A DNA stretch of 64,000 bases from Aulosira sp. ZfuVER01 (GCA_034530615.2 JAVRCV020000071.1:64001-128000); one strand, 5' to 3'; shown: positions 1 through 12,875, numbered from the stretch's first letter. Program-made: numbers and translations. Notes: a model not told the origin generated them from the sequence alone.

Positions 1-71
1 GTTCTCGCAATTGCTGTTAGAAAAATGCCCTTAATCGCATCTAGGGCTATGTCTGGTGTAGTTGTGTCAAA

Positions 72-185
72 CTAGCCTTGACGTTGCTTATGCTTGGGGT
101 TAACACAAATCACCATGACGCGACCACGGCGTTTGATCACGTTACACTTTTCGCAAATCTTCTTGACTGAGGCTCGGACTTTCAT
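72..185 (-). CDS. rpmJ: 50S ribosomal protein L36 (not in the ORF track)
   Basis: Manual translation [37 protein letters not shown] (37 aa); lies after infA. Confidence 0.98.
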   Translation of the reverse strand: MKVRASVKKICEKCNVIKRRGRVMVICVNPKHKQRQG

Positions 186-300
186 GCCTTTTGTAATTAA
201 CTCCAAATAGTGAATTATAGCATTTTTAAGGAAATTAGTCAGTTAAATGACTAAGCAACACCCAAAAAAAGGATTATATGGTAATATTCTCTACATAATC

Positions 301-525
301 TTACTTCTTACGCAGTCGATAGGTGATTCTGCCTTTTGTCAAGTCGTAGGGAGTTAACTCCACTTTGACACGATCGCCAGGTAAAATCTTGATGTAATTA
401 CGGCGAATTTTGCCCGAAATGTGTGCTAGGACATTAAAGCCATTATCCAAGTCAACACGAAACATCGCGTTGGGCAATGACTCGGTAACCGTGCCTTCCA
501 TTTCAATCAAATCTTGCTTAGACAA
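301..525 (-). CDS. infA: Translation initiation factor IF-1
   Basis: [34 protein letters not shown] motif; TTG start. Confidence 0.98.
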
Positions 526-751
526 TTTATTTTTTCCTCAACTCAACAATCTCCTGTTCTTTTGCCGTATCTTCACCTGCAAGAGAACATACTTCACGAA
601 ATATATCAACAGTTTCTTAATATATCTTAGCTAAAATTGCCATCTGCCCTACTGAGAGAGACAGCAGTAAATTTTATTTGTGGTCTGAAATTTGGGCTAT
701 GGGAGAAATGTGAAACTGGGATTTCTCCCTGCTAACCCTTTTATACCTTGC

Positions 752-1306
752 TTAAGACGCTATTACATTTTGCAATTCAGTAGTGACTTCTTCTTGGGAT
801 TGATTGCCGTTGACTGTGAGGAGTTTTTGACGATCGCCGTAATAATCAATCAAGGGTGCAGTTTCCGAACGGTACACTTCTAGACGACGCCGAATCACTT
901 CTTCGCTGTCATCTTTTCTACCCCGTGCGAGTAACCTTGCTACTACAACATCATCTGGCACATCTAGGTTAACTACCTTTTCACCACCTTGATGTATGGT
1001 TTCCAGCAACTCTTCTAAAAAAGCTGCTTGTGTTACTTTACGGGGAAAGCCATCTAGAATCCAACCAGATTTAGCATCCGCTTGGCCTAGGCGCTCCTGT
1101 ACCAATTCCTGTACTAGCTGGTCGGGAACTAACTCACCGCTATCAACATAACTTTGAGCTTTAACTCCCAAAGCTGTTTGGTCTTTCATCGCTTGCCGTA
1201 AAATATCACCCGTAGAAATATGGGGAATCTGCAAGTGTTCAGCCAATTTTTGAGATTGTGTTCCTTTACCAGCTCCAGGTGGTCCCAAGAAGATTAATCG
1301 CGTCAC
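752..1306 (-). CDS. adk: Adenylate kinase
   Basis: [10 protein letters not shown]-loop, LDGFPR; directly after secY. Confidence 0.97.
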   Translation of the reverse strand: MTRLIFLGPPGAGKGTQSQKLAEHLQIPHISTGDILRQAMKDQTALGVKAQSYVDSGELVPDQLVQELVQERLGQADAKSGWILDGFPRKVTQAAFLEELLETIHQGGEKVVNLDVPDDVVVARLLARGRKDDSEEVIRRRLEVYRSETAPLIDYYGDRQKLLTVNGNQSQEEVTTELQNVIAS

Positions 1307-2619
1307 TATTGTTTCACCATTCCTTCATAGCGCTGAGATATAACGTAGGTTTGGACTTGTTTCGCTGTGTCAATTGCTACACCTACCAAAATTAATAAAG
1401 ATGTAGCACCTAGACCCTTAAAAGTTGGTACTCCTAAAGCACTTTCCACAGCTGTGGGAATAATTGCAACAAAGCCCAAAAATATTGCACCCAAAAAAGT
1501 CAGCCGATTAATGACTCGCTCGATGTACTCACTAGTCGCCTTACCAGGACGAATTCCGGGAATACTTGAACCCATCTTCTTCAAGTTCTGCGCTACATCT
1601 ACGGGGTTAACAATCAACGAAGAATAGAAATAGCTGAAGAAAACAATAGAAATTAAGTAAACCAAGGCATAAGCCCAAGGCTGAGATCCACCGGGGCTGA
1701 GATAAGTGTTAACGATATTTGCCAGATCCGGATTTTTGGTGAAATTCGCAATTAGTAGTGGCAAACTCAGGATGGCTGCTGCAAAAATGATTGGCATTAC
1801 ACCACCAGAGTTGAGTCGTAGAGGTAGGTAGCTACGTTGTTCAGCCAAAACTCGCCGCCCTACTTGCCGACGTGCTGAAATAATGGGGATGCGTCGAATT
1901 CCTTCTTGCACAAACACAATACCAACAATTGTTGCCAGGAACACTACCACCAGCACAATCACGCGACCGACGATTTCGCGACCGCCAACTTGCACCAAGT
2001 CGATGGTATCACCTAAAGATTTTGGTAGTGATGCCACAATATTGACAAATATCAACAATGATGCTCCATTACCAATACCGCGTTCGGTAATTAGTTCGGA
2101 TGCCCACATCACGAACATTGAACCTGCGGTGAGTGCGATCGCAGTTTCCGCTACAAATAACGGACCTGGCTGTAAGGCAAATTGCTGGAGGAAGAGCGCC
2201 GAAAAAGCCGTACTTTGAATAATTGCCCAACCTACAGTGACATAGCGTGTAATTTGAGAAATTTTTCGCCGCCCAGCTTCACCTTCGTCTTTCTGTAACT
2301 TTTCTAAAGATGGTATGGCCGCGGTGAGTAATTGGATAATAATGGACGCATTAATAAAGGGCAAAATACCCAAGGCAAAGACTCCCAAAGTCGAAAGTCC
2401 TCGCCCGGAAAATATATCCAATAAGCCGAAGATGGAATTATTTCCCGATATAGCGTCATGAAACCTAGTTCTATCAATACCAGGTACAGGCAGAAAGATG
2501 CCTAGGCGAACCAAAATTAAAATACCGACAGTGACAAGCAGCCTACCTCTCAGTCCAGCTGCTTGAGCCATCTGCATAAAAGTTTCTTGAGCCGTTGGGG
2601 CTTTGTCTCGACTGATCAT
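1306..2619 (-). CDS. secY: Preprotein translocase subunit SecY
   Basis: Multi-TM protein, [10 protein letters not shown] and IPGIRPG motifs. Confidence 0.98.
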   Translation of the reverse strand: MISRDKAPTAQETFMQMAQAAGLRGRLLVTVGILILVRLGIFLPVPGIDRTRFHDAISGNNSIFGLLDIFSGRGLSTLGVFALGILPFINASIIIQLLTAAIPSLEKLQKDEGEAGRRKISQITRYVTVGWAIIQSTAFSALFLQQFALQPGPLFVAETAIALTAGSMFVMWASELITERGIGNGASLLIFVNIVASLPKSLGDTIDLVQVGGREIVGRVIVLVVVFLATIVGIVFVQEGIRRIPIISARRQVGRRVLAEQRSYLPLRLNSGGVMPIIFAAAILSLPLLIANFTKNPDLANIVNTYLSPGGSQPWAYALVYLISIVFFSYFYSSLIVNPVDVAQNLKKMGSSIPGIRPGKATSEYIERVINRLTFLGAIFLGFVAIIPTAVESALGVPTFKGLGATSLLILVGVAIDTAKQVQTYVISQRYEGMVKQ

Positions 2620-2689
2620 AGAGTGCTACCTTTATCGTGAACCAGGCGCTGGAAGCAAGTTGGCTAGCATTTAAGTGCGCTATTCTGGC

Positions 2690-3136
2690 TCACTCTGGGA
2701 CTTCGCAACTTCCTCCAGCTGCCTCAATTTTGCTACGAGCTTGACCTGTAAAAGCTGCTGCTTTGACTGTGAGCGGAACACTCAATTCTCCGTTACCCAA
2801 AATTTTCAATGGACCTTTGACAGTAGTCAGAATACCTGCTGCTTTCAAGGAATCCAAAGTTACTTCTGTATTGGCTGGGAGAGAAGCTAGCTTATCTACA
2901 TTAATCGTAGTGTAAATTTTCCGATTAACTATCGGAAAACCTTTCAACTTAGGTAAGCGGCGGTACAATGGCTGTTGACCACCTTCAAAACCTGGGCGAG
3001 TACCACTACCGGAGCGAGATTTTTGACCCCGCATACCTAGACCAGCACTGGCACCTTGTCCGGCAGAAATACCTCTACCTACACGCTTACGGCGTTTTTT
3101 TGAGCCTTTTTGAGGCTTGGCATCGTTGAGTCTCAT
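2690..3136 (-). CDS. rplO: 50S ribosomal protein L15
   Basis: RVGRG...[15 protein letters not shown]. Confidence 0.98.
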   Translation of the reverse strand: MRLNDAKPQKGSKKRRKRVGRGISAGQGASAGLGMRGQKSRSGSGTRPGFEGGQQPLYRRLPKLKGFPIVNRKIYTTINVDKLASLPANTEVTLDSLKAAGILTTVKGPLKILGNGELSVPLTVKAAAFTGQARSKIEAAGGSCEVPE

Positions 3137-3184
3137 GATGTAAATAGTAATTTTTTACACAAATACTCGGCAAAATTAGCTCTA

Positions 3185-3712
3185 CTAAATGGTGTAGAGA
3201 TTTTCAATAGGAACACCGCGATCTTCAGCGACTTCAGTCAAGGTACGCAGTGTAGACAAGGCATTAACTGCGGCTCTGGCATTATTAAGTGGATTGTTGG
3301 AGCCGAGTTGCTTTGCTAGGACGTTACGAACTCCTGCTAATTCCAGCACAGTCCGCACAGCACCACCAGCAATTACCCCAGTACCAGGTGCGGCTGGGCG
3401 CATAATCACCTTAGCTCCGCCACCAACACCATCAATAGGATGGGGGATGGAATTAGATTTGGTAATGGGGATATCAATCAGATGTTTTTTACCGTCGGCT
3501 ACGCCTTTTTTCACCGCACCAATTACATCAGAGGCTTTACCTACTCCGACACCAACTTGACCACGTTCGTTACCAACGACCACGATCGCCCGGAAGCTGA
3601 GTTTTTTACCACCTTTGACGACCTTGCTCACTCGTCGGATTTGAATTACCCGTTCTTGCCAGTTGGTTTCTTCTTTCTTTGCGCGGTTCGCTTTACGACG
3701 ACCAGTTGCCAT
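3185..3712 (-). CDS. rpsE: 30S ribosomal protein S5
   Basis: [14 protein letters not shown]; start moved to ATG at 3712 (MATGRRK) because the longer ORF runs into a tandem repeat. Confidence 0.96.
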   Translation of the reverse strand: MATGRRKANRAKKEETNWQERVIQIRRVSKVVKGGKKLSFRAIVVVGNERGQVGVGVGKASDVIGAVKKGVADGKKHLIDIPITKSNSIPHPIDGVGGGAKVIMRPAAPGTGVIAGGAVRTVLELAGVRNVLAKQLGSNNPLNNARAAVNALSTLRTLTEVAEDRGVPIENLYTI

Positions 3713-3806
3713 AATTAAATGCTCTCTATTAGTCAAGGGTCAAGAGTCAACAGTCAACAGTCAATAGTCATTACTTTTAACTATGGACTTTGGACTTTTG
3801 ACTAAT

Positions 3807-4169
3807 TTAGAAATCTAAACCAGCTTCACGTGCTGCATCAGCTAGGGCTTGGATGCGACCGTGGTATAGGTTGCCACCGCGATCAAAGACGACTTTGGTG
3901 ATACCTTTTTCTAGCGATCGCGCTGCGATCAGTTTGCCAACTTGCACTGATGCATCCCGGTTAGCACCTGACGCTAAACTCGATTTCAACTCTGGTTCTA
4001 CAGTTGAGGCTGACACCAAAGTATGATGTTGAGTATCGTCAATTACTTGAGCATAGATATGCTCATTCGAGCGAAATACAGCTAGGCGTGGACGTTCTGG
4101 AGAGCCTTGAACTTTACCACGGATGCGTCTATGGCGACGTGTTTTTGATTCTCTACGAGTAAGTTTCAT
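3807..4169 (-). CDS. rplR: 50S ribosomal protein L18
   Basis: [22 protein letters not shown]. Confidence 0.98.
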   Translation of the reverse strand: MKLTRRESKTRRHRRIRGKVQGSPERPRLAVFRSNEHIYAQVIDDTQHHTLVSASTVEPELKSSLASGANRDASVQVGKLIAARSLEKGITKVVFDRGGNLYHGRIQALADAAREAGLDF

Positions 4170-4171
4170 GT

Positions 4172-4720
4172 TTACTTCTTACCACTCTTACCAGTCTTAC
4201 CAGCTTTCCGTCTGACCACTTCACCGGCGTAGCGAATACCCTTGCCTTTATAAGGTTCTGGTTTACGAACGGCACGAATTTTCGCTGCTGTGTTACCTAC
4301 TATTTCTTTGTCATAGCCACTGACTATGACGTTAGTTGTACCTTCCACAGCAAACTGAATGCCATCGGGAGGCTCAATTTGTACCTGATGGCTATAACCC
4401 ATATTTAAAACGAGGTTACGACCTTGGACTTGTGCCCGGTAACCAACACCTTGGATTTCTAAACGGCGCTGAAAACCTTGGGACACGCCCTCGACCATGT
4501 TGGCCACTAAAGTACGGCTTAAACCGTGCATTTGCCTGGAGGTACGAGTTTCATCACGACGAGTTACTAGTAATGTTTCGCCTTCTTGCGAGACTGATAC
4601 ATGGGCAGGTAACTCACGCGAAAGTTCTCCTTTCGGACCTTTGACGACTACTTTTGTGCCATCAATTGCCACTTGCACTTTGGCAGGAATAGTGATTGGA
4701 CGTTTACCAATACGAGACAT
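4172..4720 (-). CDS. rplF: 50S ribosomal protein L6
   Basis: MSRIGKRPI start at 4720; [11 protein letters not shown]. Confidence 0.97.
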   Translation of the reverse strand: MSRIGKRPITIPAKVQVAIDGTKVVVKGPKGELSRELPAHVSVSQEGETLLVTRRDETRTSRQMHGLSRTLVANMVEGVSQGFQRRLEIQGVGYRAQVQGRNLVLNMGYSHQVQIEPPDGIQFAVEGTTNVIVSGYDKEIVGNTAAKIRAVRKPEPYKGKGIRYAGEVVRRKAGKTGKSGKK

Positions 4721-4753
4721 GACTTTTTGTCCTTTGTTATTTGTCCTGTCTTT

Positions 4754-4794
4754 CAAAGTTCTGATCGGAGGAAACCTCCGCTCCGACTTTGCGC
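4754..4794. repeat. Small palindromic dispersed repeat inside a TTTGTCY heptamer array
   Basis: CAAAGT..CGGAGG-AAA-CCTCCG..ACTTTG hairpin flanked by TTTGTC-type units. Confidence 0.65.
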
Positions 4795-4847
4795 TTTGTC
4801 TTTTATCTTTCGTCTTTAAATAATGACAAATGACTCATGACTAATGA

Positions 4848-5249
4848 CTACCAGACATAGCACAGTACTTCCCCACCCAAGTTTTGACGCCGCGCTTCGC
4901 GGTCGGTCATAATCCCACTGGATGTAGAAATAATGGCAATGCCGATACCACCCAGTACTCTGGGTAAATCTTTGCGATTAGAGTAAACACGCAAACCTGG
5001 TTTACTAACCCGCTTGAGGGCTGTGATTAGTGGCTGACGATTTTTACCCTTGTATTTCAAGGAAATCACCAGATTGCGTTTTATCCCTTCGCCTGATTCT
5101 TCATACTCAGCAATAAAGCCTTCTTCTCGTAGCACTTTAGCAATACTACGGGTGAGTTTTGTTGCGGGCACTAGTGTAGTTTGATGCCTCGCCAAATTGG
5201 CATTGCGGATGCGCGTCAGCATATCTGCAATTGTGTCGTTAGCCGCCAT
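4848..5249 (-). CDS. rpsH: 30S ribosomal protein S8
   Basis: [30 protein letters not shown]. Confidence 0.98.
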   Translation of the reverse strand: MAANDTIADMLTRIRNANLARHQTTLVPATKLTRSIAKVLREEGFIAEYEESGEGIKRNLVISLKYKGKNRQPLITALKRVSKPGLRVYSNRKDLPRVLGGIGIAIISTSSGIMTDREARRQNLGGEVLCYVW

Positions 5250-5269
5250 CGTTCCCTCTTTAGATGAAC

Positions 5270-5818
5270 TTATTGATCACGAAAAGGCATACCCAATTCT
5301 TTAAGTAAGGCGCGGCCCTCTTCGTCGTTTTTCGCTGTGGTAATGATGGAAATATCTAGACCACGAATTTGATCGATGCTGTCGTACTCGACTTCTGGAA
5401 AAATTAACTGTTCTCTGACACCCAGAGTGTAGTTACCGCGACCGTCAAAGCTTTTGGGACTAATACCGCGAAAATCCCGAATTCTAGGCAGTGACAGGCT
5501 AACAAGCCGATCGAGGAAGGCATACATCCGTTCGCCTCTCAGAGTCACCATGATGCCAACTGGCATACCTTGACGAATTTTGAAGCCTGCGATCGCCTTT
5601 TTTGCTCTGGTAACAACTGGTTTTTGACCAGTAATCACAGCAATTTCGTTAAGAGACGCCTCTAATGCTTTAGCATTGGAAGCCGCTTCCCCTAAACCTC
5701 GGTTCACAGTAATTTTGACCAACTTCGGTACTTGATGAACGTTGGTGTATTGAAACTGATTGGTCAGTTTAGGAACGATTGTCTCTTGATATAAGGTTTT
5801 GAGTCTTGTTGTCGCCAT
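5270..5818 (-). CDS. rplE: 50S ribosomal protein L5
   Basis: [16 protein letters not shown]. Confidence 0.98.
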   Translation of the reverse strand: MATTRLKTLYQETIVPKLTNQFQYTNVHQVPKLVKITVNRGLGEAASNAKALEASLNEIAVITGQKPVVTRAKKAIAGFKIRQGMPVGIMVTLRGERMYAFLDRLVSLSLPRIRDFRGISPKSFDGRGNYTLGVREQLIFPEVEYDSIDQIRGLDISIITTAKNDEEGRALLKELGMPFRDQ

Positions 5819-5919
5819 AGTTTTTTGTCCTGTTTATCCCTGGGCTTGGTCAGGGAACCTTAAATTTTAGATTTTCGATTTAATTAAAATCTCATCTAAA
5901 ATCGCCCCTTGGCGGAAGA

Positions 5920-6270
5920 TTATTTATCTAAAATCTCACCGGTTTTCTTGAGCTTCCGCACTTTTTTGCCTTCAGCGGTGAAGGTGTAGCATACGCGACT
6001 GGCGACGTTTTGCTTAGTTGAGTAAAGCATCACGTTGGAGCTATGAATCGGGAATTCTTGTGTAACTATTCTTCCTGATTCCCCTTCTTGCTGGGGCTTG
6101 ACGTGCTTAGTTTTTATATTGACGCCTTTGACAATAACTTTACTGAGTTGTGGCAGTGATTGGATCACTTCACCAACTTTTCCTTTGTCCTTACCCGCAA
6201 TCACTTGTACAGTGTCGCCAGTTCTGACGTGCATTTTATGAAAAACCTTGGGTTGTGGCTGTTTTGGCAT
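5920..6270 (-). CDS. rplX: 50S ribosomal protein L24
   Basis: [19 protein letters not shown] motif. Confidence 0.98.
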   Translation of the reverse strand: MPKQPQPKVFHKMHVRTGDTVQVIAGKDKGKVGEVIQSLPQLSKVIVKGVNIKTKHVKPQQEGESGRIVTQEFPIHSSNVMLYSTKQNVASRVCYTFTAEGKKVRKLKKTGEILDK

Positions 6271-6638
6271 TACAGCACCTCCGGAGCCAAAGAAACTATT
6301 TTGGTGAAGTTTTTATCGCGCAGTTCCCGTGCAACTGGGCCAAAAACCCGTGTGCCTCGAGGATTGCCATCTTTGTTGATGATCACTGCGGCGTTATCGT
6401 CAAAACGAATGCTCATACCGCTGTCTCGATTTATGCTTTTACGAGTGCGGACAATTACTGCCTCTACCACATCTGACTTTTTGACAGCCATGTTGGGTTG
6501 GGCATCTTTGACAACGGCAATAATTTTATCACCCACGCCACCGTAACGGCGGTTGCCTGCGCCTAATACGCGGATGCACATTAGCTTCCGGGCACCACTA
6601 TTATCTGCGACATTCAGGTAAGTCTGGGGTTGAATCAC
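6270..6638 (-). CDS. rplN: 50S ribosomal protein L14
   Basis: [22 protein letters not shown]. Confidence 0.98.
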   Translation of the reverse strand: MIQPQTYLNVADNSGARKLMCIRVLGAGNRRYGGVGDKIIAVVKDAQPNMAVKKSDVVEAVIVRTRKSINRDSGMSIRFDDNAAVIINKDGNPRGTRVFGPVARELRDKNFTKIVSLAPEVL

Positions 6639-6679
6639 AATTTGTCTCCCTTGTTAAGTTGTTAGTTTGATAACAACTA

Positions 6680-6931
6680 TTAAGTTGTAGCTTTAGCGTT
6701 GAGAATTTCTGTGACTTGCCAGCGCTTGGTTTTACTCAGGGGTCTTGTTTCCTGAATGCGAACGCGATCGCCCACTTTGCACTGATTGTCCTCATCATGA
6801 GCTTTATAGCGCCGGGTTTGAACTACAATCTTGCCGTACTTGGGATGGGGAGCGCGGTTTTCCACGGCTACTACCACCGTTTTCTGCATTTTGTCGCTCA
6901 CCACCAAGCCAACTCGTTCTTTGACTGCCAT
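6680..6931 (-). CDS. rpsQ: 30S ribosomal protein S17
   Basis: [19 protein letters not shown]. Confidence 0.98.
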   Translation of the reverse strand: MAVKERVGLVVSDKMQKTVVVAVENRAPHPKYGKIVVQTRRYKAHDEDNQCKVGDRVRIQETRPLSKTKRWQVTEILNAKATT

Positions 6932-6937
6932 AATCTC

Positions 6938-7168
6938 CTACTTTTCTTCGTTAGTCGGTTGACTTGCTGCTGCCCGTTTGCGTTCTCCTTCTACCGTTAG
7001 CAATTGCGCTAGGCGATGTCGGGCGTGTTTAAACTGATGGGGCTTGTCTAATTGTCTGGTCGCTTTTTGCAAGCGCAACTGAAATAGTTGTCTTTTAACA
7101 GCAACAATTTCCTCAGCCAGTTTCTCGTCAGTTAATTCTCTAGCTTCTGAAACTTTGGGAAGAGGCAT
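6938..7168 (-). CDS. rpmC: 50S ribosomal protein L29
   Basis: LFQLRLQKAT..L.KPH; between rplP and rpsQ. Confidence 0.96.
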   Translation of the reverse strand: MPLPKVSEARELTDEKLAEEIVAVKRQLFQLRLQKATRQLDKPHQFKHARHRLAQLLTVEGERKRAAASQPTNEEK

Positions 7169-7171
7169 AAC

Positions 7172-7597
7172 CTACTCCTGCTCCTGTACTTGAGGGCGCA
7201 CAATAAATTTGGTTTTAATTGGCAGCTTATATGCAGCCAAGCGCATGGCTTCGCGGGCAATTTCTTCAGAAACACCAGCGATTTCAAACAAAATCCGCCC
7301 TGGCTTCACTACGGCTACCCAAAACTCCGGCGAACCTTTACCAGAACCCATCCGGGTTTCCGCAGGACGCATGGTTACGGGTTTATCAGGGAAAATCCGA
7401 ATCCAGATTTGTCCACCCCGGCGAATGTAACGGGTCATGGCTCGACGAGAAGCCTCGATTTGCCGAGAGGTAATCCAAGCAGGTTCTTGGGCTTGGAGTG
7501 CAAAATCGCCAAAGTTCAGGGTACTACCACGGTGGGCTAGACCTTCCATCCGTCCGCGCTGTTGTTTGCGGAATTTAGTTCTTCTAGGACTTAACAT
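7172..7597 (-). CDS. rplP: 50S ribosomal protein L16
   Basis: [16 protein letters not shown]. Confidence 0.98.
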   Translation of the reverse strand: MLSPRRTKFRKQQRGRMEGLAHRGSTLNFGDFALQAQEPAWITSRQIEASRRAMTRYIRRGGQIWIRIFPDKPVTMRPAETRMGSGKGSPEFWVAVVKPGRILFEIAGVSEEIAREAMRLAAYKLPIKTKFIVRPQVQEQE

Positions 7598-7618
7598 GGT
7601 TTGTTACTTGTCATTTGT

Positions 7619-7699
7619 GAGGCAGTGCGTTGGGCGGGTTTCCCGACTTGTTCGCTGAAAGCGTTCCCGCAGGGTAGCAACTGCTGAACCCGTAAGGGT
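7619..7699. repeat. GC-rich small dispersed repeat, apparently with a second element nested in it, inserted in a GTCATTT array
   Basis: Heptamer unit split after GT, with GT present at both ends of the insert; inner TTCGCTGAAAGCGTTCCCGCAGGGTA at 7651-7676. Confidence 0.65.
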
Positions 7700-7758
7700 C
7701 ATTTGTCATTTGTCATTTGTCATCTGCCATTTACTAATGACTGATAACTAATAACGGT

Positions 7759-8520
7759 TTACCCTTCATTTGAGCGGTCTTCAAATTGTTGGCGACGGCG
7801 TTGCTGTTGACGGCGACGAGGTTCACGTTCGCGTTCGCGGGTTGTAGGTGCAGGTGCAGCTTCTTCTTGTCCGGGGATGATTTCTCCCTTAAATACCCAC
7901 ACTTTAATGCCCAGAATCCCATAAACGGTCTTGGCTGTGCAGTAAGAGTAATCAATGTCAGCCCTTAACGTATGCAAGGGTACTCTTCCTTCACGAGTCC
8001 ATTCTGTACGGGCAATTTCTGCACCGTTTAGCCGACCGCTAACTTGGACTTTAATGCCTTGAACGCCAGCACGTTGGGCACGTTGAATAGCTTGGCGTAC
8101 CACACGACGGAAAGATACGCGGCGTTCCAATTGTTGAGCGATATATTCCGCAATCAAGTAGGCATCAGCATCAACTCGTTGTACTTCAACTACGTTGATG
8201 CGAATTTGACGATTGCTACCCAACAGTTCTTGGAGTCCGGTACGTAAAGATTCAATACCTTGTCCACCACGACCTACTACTACGCCAGGTCTAGCTGTGC
8301 GTACTTCTAGGTCAATTTGGTCAGCTTTGCGCTCAATCCGTACTTCTGAGATTCCAGCGTTGTTTTGAGCCAGTCTACCCAGCTTTTGTTCTATATATTT
8401 CCGGAGTTTGTGGTCTTCTTGGAGCAGTTCTGGATATTTGTCAGGAACGGCAAACCACCGAGATTGATGTTCTTGTGTAATACCCAGCCGAAAACCAACT
8501 GGATGAATCTTTTGTCCCAC
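7759..8520 (-). CDS. rpsC: 30S ribosomal protein S3
   Basis: [27 protein letters not shown]. Confidence 0.98.
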   Translation of the reverse strand: MGQKIHPVGFRLGITQEHQSRWFAVPDKYPELLQEDHKLRKYIEQKLGRLAQNNAGISEVRIERKADQIDLEVRTARPGVVVGRGGQGIESLRTGLQELLGSNRQIRINVVEVQRVDADAYLIAEYIAQQLERRVSFRRVVRQAIQRAQRAGVQGIKVQVSGRLNGAEIARTEWTREGRVPLHTLRADIDYSYCTAKTVYGILGIKVWVFKGEIIPGQEEAAPAPTTREREREPRRRQQQRRRQQFEDRSNEG

Positions 8521-8572
8521 AAATGCTTCCTCTAAAATTTCTTACTTTACGCAGTTTTTTCGTGTCTAATAA

Positions 8573-8932
8573 TTATTCAGCAGCAGCACCAGCAGCTACA
8601 GCTACGGTAATATGACACGTTGGTTTGCGAATTTGGTAAGCTCGGCCTTGCGCTCTGGGTTGGAACCGTTTGAGTACTGGGCCTTGATCGGCGTATGCCT
8701 GGGTAATCACTAGCTGCGCACGGTCTAGACCAGCATTATGCTCGGCATTAGCGGCGGCACTTCTGAGAACCTTTAACACAGGATCGCAGGCGCGGTAAGG
8801 CATAAATTCTAGGATGATTAGCGCTTCTCGGTACGACCTGCCCCGAATTTGATCGAGTACACGACGCACTTTATAGGGAGAGATGCGGATAAAACGAGCG
8901 ATCGCTTTGACTTCAGTAGTATCAGTAGCCAT
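8573..8932 (-). CDS. rplV: 50S ribosomal protein L22
   Basis: [22 protein letters not shown]. Confidence 0.98.
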   Translation of the reverse strand: MATDTTEVKAIARFIRISPYKVRRVLDQIRGRSYREALIILEFMPYRACDPVLKVLRSAAANAEHNAGLDRAQLVITQAYADQGPVLKRFQPRAQGRAYQIRKPTCHITVAVAAGAAAE

Positions 8933-8995
8933 ATTTTTTTCCTTTTGTCAAGAGTCAACGGTCAAGTTTTACTACTATGGACTTTGGACTCTTAA

Positions 8996-9274
8996 CTATC
9001 TCCCTGATTTCTTGTCACTTTTCCCATGACCCCTGTAGGTACGTGTGGGGGCAAATTCTCCCAACTTGTGTCCCACCATTTGCTCACTCACAAAAACGGG
9101 AACGTGTTGGCGTCCGTTGTGGACAGCTATAGTGTGACCGACCATCAAGGGTAAAATTGTCGATGCTCTCGACCAAGTTTTAATAACTTGTTTTTCGTTT
9201 TTGGCGTTCAGCTTTTCAATTTTGCTGAGTAAGTGATCGGCAACGAAAGGACCTTTTTTTAGAGAACGACCCAT
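8996..9274 (-). CDS. rpsS: 30S ribosomal protein S19
   Basis: [19 protein letters not shown]. Confidence 0.98.
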   Translation of the reverse strand: MGRSLKKGPFVADHLLSKIEKLNAKNEKQVIKTWSRASTILPLMVGHTIAVHNGRQHVPVFVSEQMVGHKLGEFAPTRTYRGHGKSDKKSGR

Positions 9275-9280
9275 ATTTTT

Positions 9281-9362
9281 AAGTGCTGAGTTCTGAGTTC
9301 TGAATTTTAAGTTTTGAGTTTTGAGTTTTAAGTTTTGAGTTTGAAAATTCTACTCAGTACTT
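9281..9362. repeat. STRR-type heptamer tandem repeat (TGAGTTY) with inverted partner
   Basis: About 8 degenerate TGAGTTT/TGAGTTC units, then ACTCAGTACT. Confidence 0.8.
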
Positions 9363-9385
9363 GTGGCTCATTACTCACAACTAAG

Positions 9386-10249
9386 TTAAGATTCACGTCC
9401 ACCGCGACCGCGTTTAGAAGATTTACGACGACGGCGCACAATGAATTTACTGCTAGCTTTCTTGGGTTTACGTGTCTTCGCACCCAACGTAGGTTTACCC
9501 CAAGGAGTGACAGGACCCGATCTCCCAATTGGCGCTCTACCTTCACCACCACCGTGGGGATGGTCAACTGGGTTCATGACGCTACCTCTAACTTTGGGAC
9601 GGCGTCCTTTCCAGCGATTTCGTCCAGCTTTACCTGCACTTAAGTTTCTGGCGTCGGTGTTACCTACTTGTCCAATCGTGGCGTAGCATTCGCGGCGAAT
9701 CAAACGAACTTCCCCGGAAGGCAGCTTCAAAGTAACGTAATTGCCTTCTTTTGCGACCACTTGCGCGGTAGCACCAGCAGAACGCACGATTTGACCACCT
9801 TTACCAGGAGTCATTTCTACATTATGAACACCAGTACCCAAGGGAATATTTGCTAGGGGTAAGGCATTACCATCTTCGATGGGAGATTCTGGCCCAGCAA
9901 TGATTCTTGTTCCAACTTTCATGCCATTGGGATGCAGAATGTAGCGTTTTTCGCCATCTTCATACACAACCAAGGCAATACGCGCGTTGCGATTCGGATC
10001 GTACTCAATTGCTGTCACTGTAGCAGCGATGTTCCGCTTGTCTCTTTTAAAATCGATGATGCGGTAAAGCTGTTTATGTCCGCCACCCCGACGACGGCTG
10101 GTAATCCGACCTTGATTGTTGCGTCCTTTGGGACGATGTACGTACTTGGTGAGGGATTTTTCTGGCTCAGTTTTAGTGATTTCCGCAAAGTCGGAGATTG
10201 TAACTTGGCGAGTACTAGGGGTATAGGGGCGATAAGAACGAGTACCCAT
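9386..10249 (-). CDS. rplB: 50S ribosomal protein L2
   Basis: [23 protein letters not shown]. Confidence 0.99.
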   Translation of the reverse strand: MGTRSYRPYTPSTRQVTISDFAEITKTEPEKSLTKYVHRPKGRNNQGRITSRRRGGGHKQLYRIIDFKRDKRNIAATVTAIEYDPNRNARIALVVYEDGEKRYILHPNGMKVGTRIIAGPESPIEDGNALPLANIPLGTGVHNVEMTPGKGGQIVRSAGATAQVVAKEGNYVTLKLPSGEVRLIRRECYATIGQVGNTDARNLSAGKAGRNRWKGRRPKVRGSVMNPVDHPHGGGEGRAPIGRSGPVTPWGKPTLGAKTRKPKKASSKFIVRRRRKSSKRGRGGRES

Positions 10250-10255
10250 GTTTTT

Positions 10256-10570
10256 TTAGACCTCTGGGAATAGAACTTGTCTAACCTTCTCTACATCCCC
10301 AGGTGCGATAGTAACAATCGCTTTCTTATATTGGGGCTTGTAACCAATAAATTTGCCAACACGCTTTTTCTTCCGCGGTGGTATTGAAGTATTGACTTTG
10401 ACAACCTTGACCTGAAATAAGTCTTCAATCGCGGCCTTAATTTCTGGTTTGGTTGCCTTGGGAGTAACTTCAAACGTATATTTGTTTAACTCCATGAGGA
10501 TGGTCGCCTTTTCAGTCACAATTGGGCGACGTATTAAGTCAGCTAGGTTGCGGGGGTCGAAGTTAGGCAC
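10256..10570 (-). CDS. rplW: 50S ribosomal protein L23
   Basis: PIVTEKA, KYTFEV, KKAIVT. Confidence 0.97.
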   Translation of the reverse strand: MPNFDPRNLADLIRRPIVTEKATILMELNKYTFEVTPKATKPEIKAAIEDLFQVKVVKVNTSIPPRKKKRVGKFIGYKPQYKKAIVTIAPGDVEKVRQVLFPEV

Positions 10571-11195
10571 TGTAGACCTCCTGAATTTTGGTGATTGCTG
10601 ATGCTGTAACTACAATCTTGTCAGCGTGCAGCAAATCGAAAACATTTAACTGGTCTGCTGCAATTACTTTTAAATTTTCTACATTGCGGGCTGACAAATG
10701 AATGTTCTCCGCAATTTCAGACAAAATTAACAGTGTTTTATTTTCTGGTGCAGCTCCCCAACGCGCTAATGCTGCTACTAAGTCTTTAGTTTTGGGGCGA
10801 GATAGCTGTTCGCTAAATTCTTCTACAACAATCAAATCGTCAACACGGCTCACAAAAGCTGTTCGCAGTGCCAAGCGCCGCTCTTTGCGGTTCATTTTTA
10901 AATCATAATCTCTGGGTTTTGGCCCAAAGATTACACCACCACCACGCCACAGAGGTGAACGAATTGACCCTGCACGAGCGCGACCTGTACCTTTTTGCCG
11001 CCAGGGTTTGCGGCCACCACCTCTGACTTCGGAGCGAGTTTTTGTGCTGGCATTTCCTTGGCGAGCATTGGTCTGTTGTCTAACCAAGGCTCTATGCACA
11101 ATATGAGCCGCTGTTTCTTCTTTGGCAACTCGCAACTCAAACGAAGTCTCTCCGACTTGTTCTCCTTGCCAATTTTTAACTATACTCTGAACCAT
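10563..11195 (-). CDS. rplD: 50S ribosomal protein L4
   Basis: [15 protein letters not shown]; start moved to ATG 11195 because the extension is repeat-derived. Confidence 0.97.
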   Translation of the reverse strand: MVQSIVKNWQGEQVGETSFELRVAKEETAAHIVHRALVRQQTNARQGNASTKTRSEVRGGGRKPWRQKGTGRARAGSIRSPLWRGGGVIFGPKPRDYDLKMNRKERRLALRTAFVSRVDDLIVVEEFSEQLSRPKTKDLVAALARWGAAPENKTLLILSEIAENIHLSARNVENLKVIAADQLNVFDLLHADKIVVTASAITKIQEVYSA

Positions 11196-11218
11196 CTTTG
11201 TCACTTGTCCTTTGTCAT

Positions 11219-11278
<60 letters not shown>

Positions 11279-11280
<2 letters not shown>

Positions 11281-11914
11281 ACTTACCAACTTGCTTGGCA
11301 GGTACGATACTTACCAGCGCACCTGGTTTACCGGGAATAGCTCCCTTGATCAGCAGTAAATTGCGCTCTGCATCGACTCGTACTACAGTCAACTTGCGGA
11401 TTGTGACGCGGCTACCACCCAAACGTCCTGCCATCCGTTTTCCTGGATAAACACGACCTGGGGTAGTACCAGCACCAATGGAACCTGGTGCCCTATGGTT
11501 TTTGGAACCATGTGACATGGGTCCGCGACCAAAGTTGTTGCGCTTTTGGTTGCCTGCAAAGCCACGACCGATACTTGTACCGATTACATCTACAATTTGA
11601 CCTGCACTAAAAATATCTGCTTTAATTTCTTGACCTAAAGCATAATCGCTAGAAGTATCTGTGTGATACTCGTTCAGATGACGTAACGCTGGGGCAGATG
11701 ATTTTGCTAAGTGACCCAAAAGGGGTTTGTTTAGCGCTTTAGGTTTGACTTCGCCAAAACCAACTTGAATCGCAGCGTAACCGTCGGTCTGTTTCGTTTT
11801 AACTTGGGTAACAGTGCATGGACCTGCTTTTACAACGGTGACAGGAATTGCTACTCCTGCCTCGTCAAATATTTGGGTCATGCCCAGCTTGGTGCCGAGA
11901 ATACCTACAGACAC
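11279..11914 (-). CDS. rplC: 50S ribosomal protein L3
   Basis: [28 protein letters not shown] start. Confidence 0.98.
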
Positions 11915-12619
11915 AGTAACTGGTTCTCCTTAATCTACTTGCTAACCTTGGCATCGGACTCAAAAAGACAGGCTTTTTGTAAACCAGGAAAATTAGAGCC
12001 ATATGGCACTCCAATGTTTCCAGGACACAAAAAACTATGTCCTTACTGTTTGGTGAATCCGTTTACTTTCACTCACTTGTTCACCAGAACAGCCATAAGC
12101 ACCTTCCCAAACGGAAGGGTTAACTTCTGGAATCAAGGCAAGGCTTTTGAGCTTTGCGCTTTGTGCAGCAATGCTTTTATCCAAGCAATTGCTTAGGCAC
12201 TTTCTGGAGGCAGCGCCCCGATCAGATTTTCCGAATTGAGGCGACAGCCGTGTTGTAGTTGGACTTAAGTAGCTTTTTGCCACTCAGTATCCTTTAACTG
12301 AGACTAATGTAATGCTATCAAACCAACATTACTGCTCAGTTTCTACTCCGACTAAATTACCTTAAACTATTGTTCAAGGTTTTGCCTACTTTTTCAGGAC
12401 TACAGGAGTGAATGTAGTCTGGAACTTAGGGTTGGCTTTAATTTTCCAGCCAGAAGTTCTAAAAGTTGACCCGAAAGCTTTTTTAGTCTACCAGTCTCTG
12501 ATCGCTCTTTTGCTAGCTTTCTCCAAATTTGGAATCAAGTCATTAACTCTTGATGCTTACACTAGCTCAGAATGCCAATAAGAGGGCAACCTAATTTGCG
12601 TATTTGGTCACAATCTAAC

Positions 12620-12648
12620 AATATAAATGATTTATTTAGATTTGTCTA
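12620..12648 (-). promoter_or_regulatory. Putative sigma70 promoter of the ribosomal-protein operon
   Basis: Minus strand TAGACA (12648-12643), 17 bp, TATATT (12625-12620); implies a ~700-nt leader before rplC. Confidence 0.5.
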
Positions 12649-12875
12649 GGAATTTATTTTAAGAGAGCCGCCACAAAGTAGAGGGCTGTCAGGGCTTTAG
12701 TCCTGAATTTGGCAGCACTCAAGTGCTTACTACGAATTCATCAAAATTATGGGTAAATCAGCAAATTGCAATGACCGTGCCTCAGCCTAATATAGATCAT
12801 AAGTTAATTGTTGAACCGAATTCAGCGGTTCACGGTAAATAATAGAGATATCTAAGTGAGATAGAACGAATATCT

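Noticed and set aside
12035..12283. 82-aa minus-strand ORF upstream of rplC
   Set aside because: No recognisable motif and no resemblance to S10; the region is better explained as structured RNA, though a leader peptide is not excluded.
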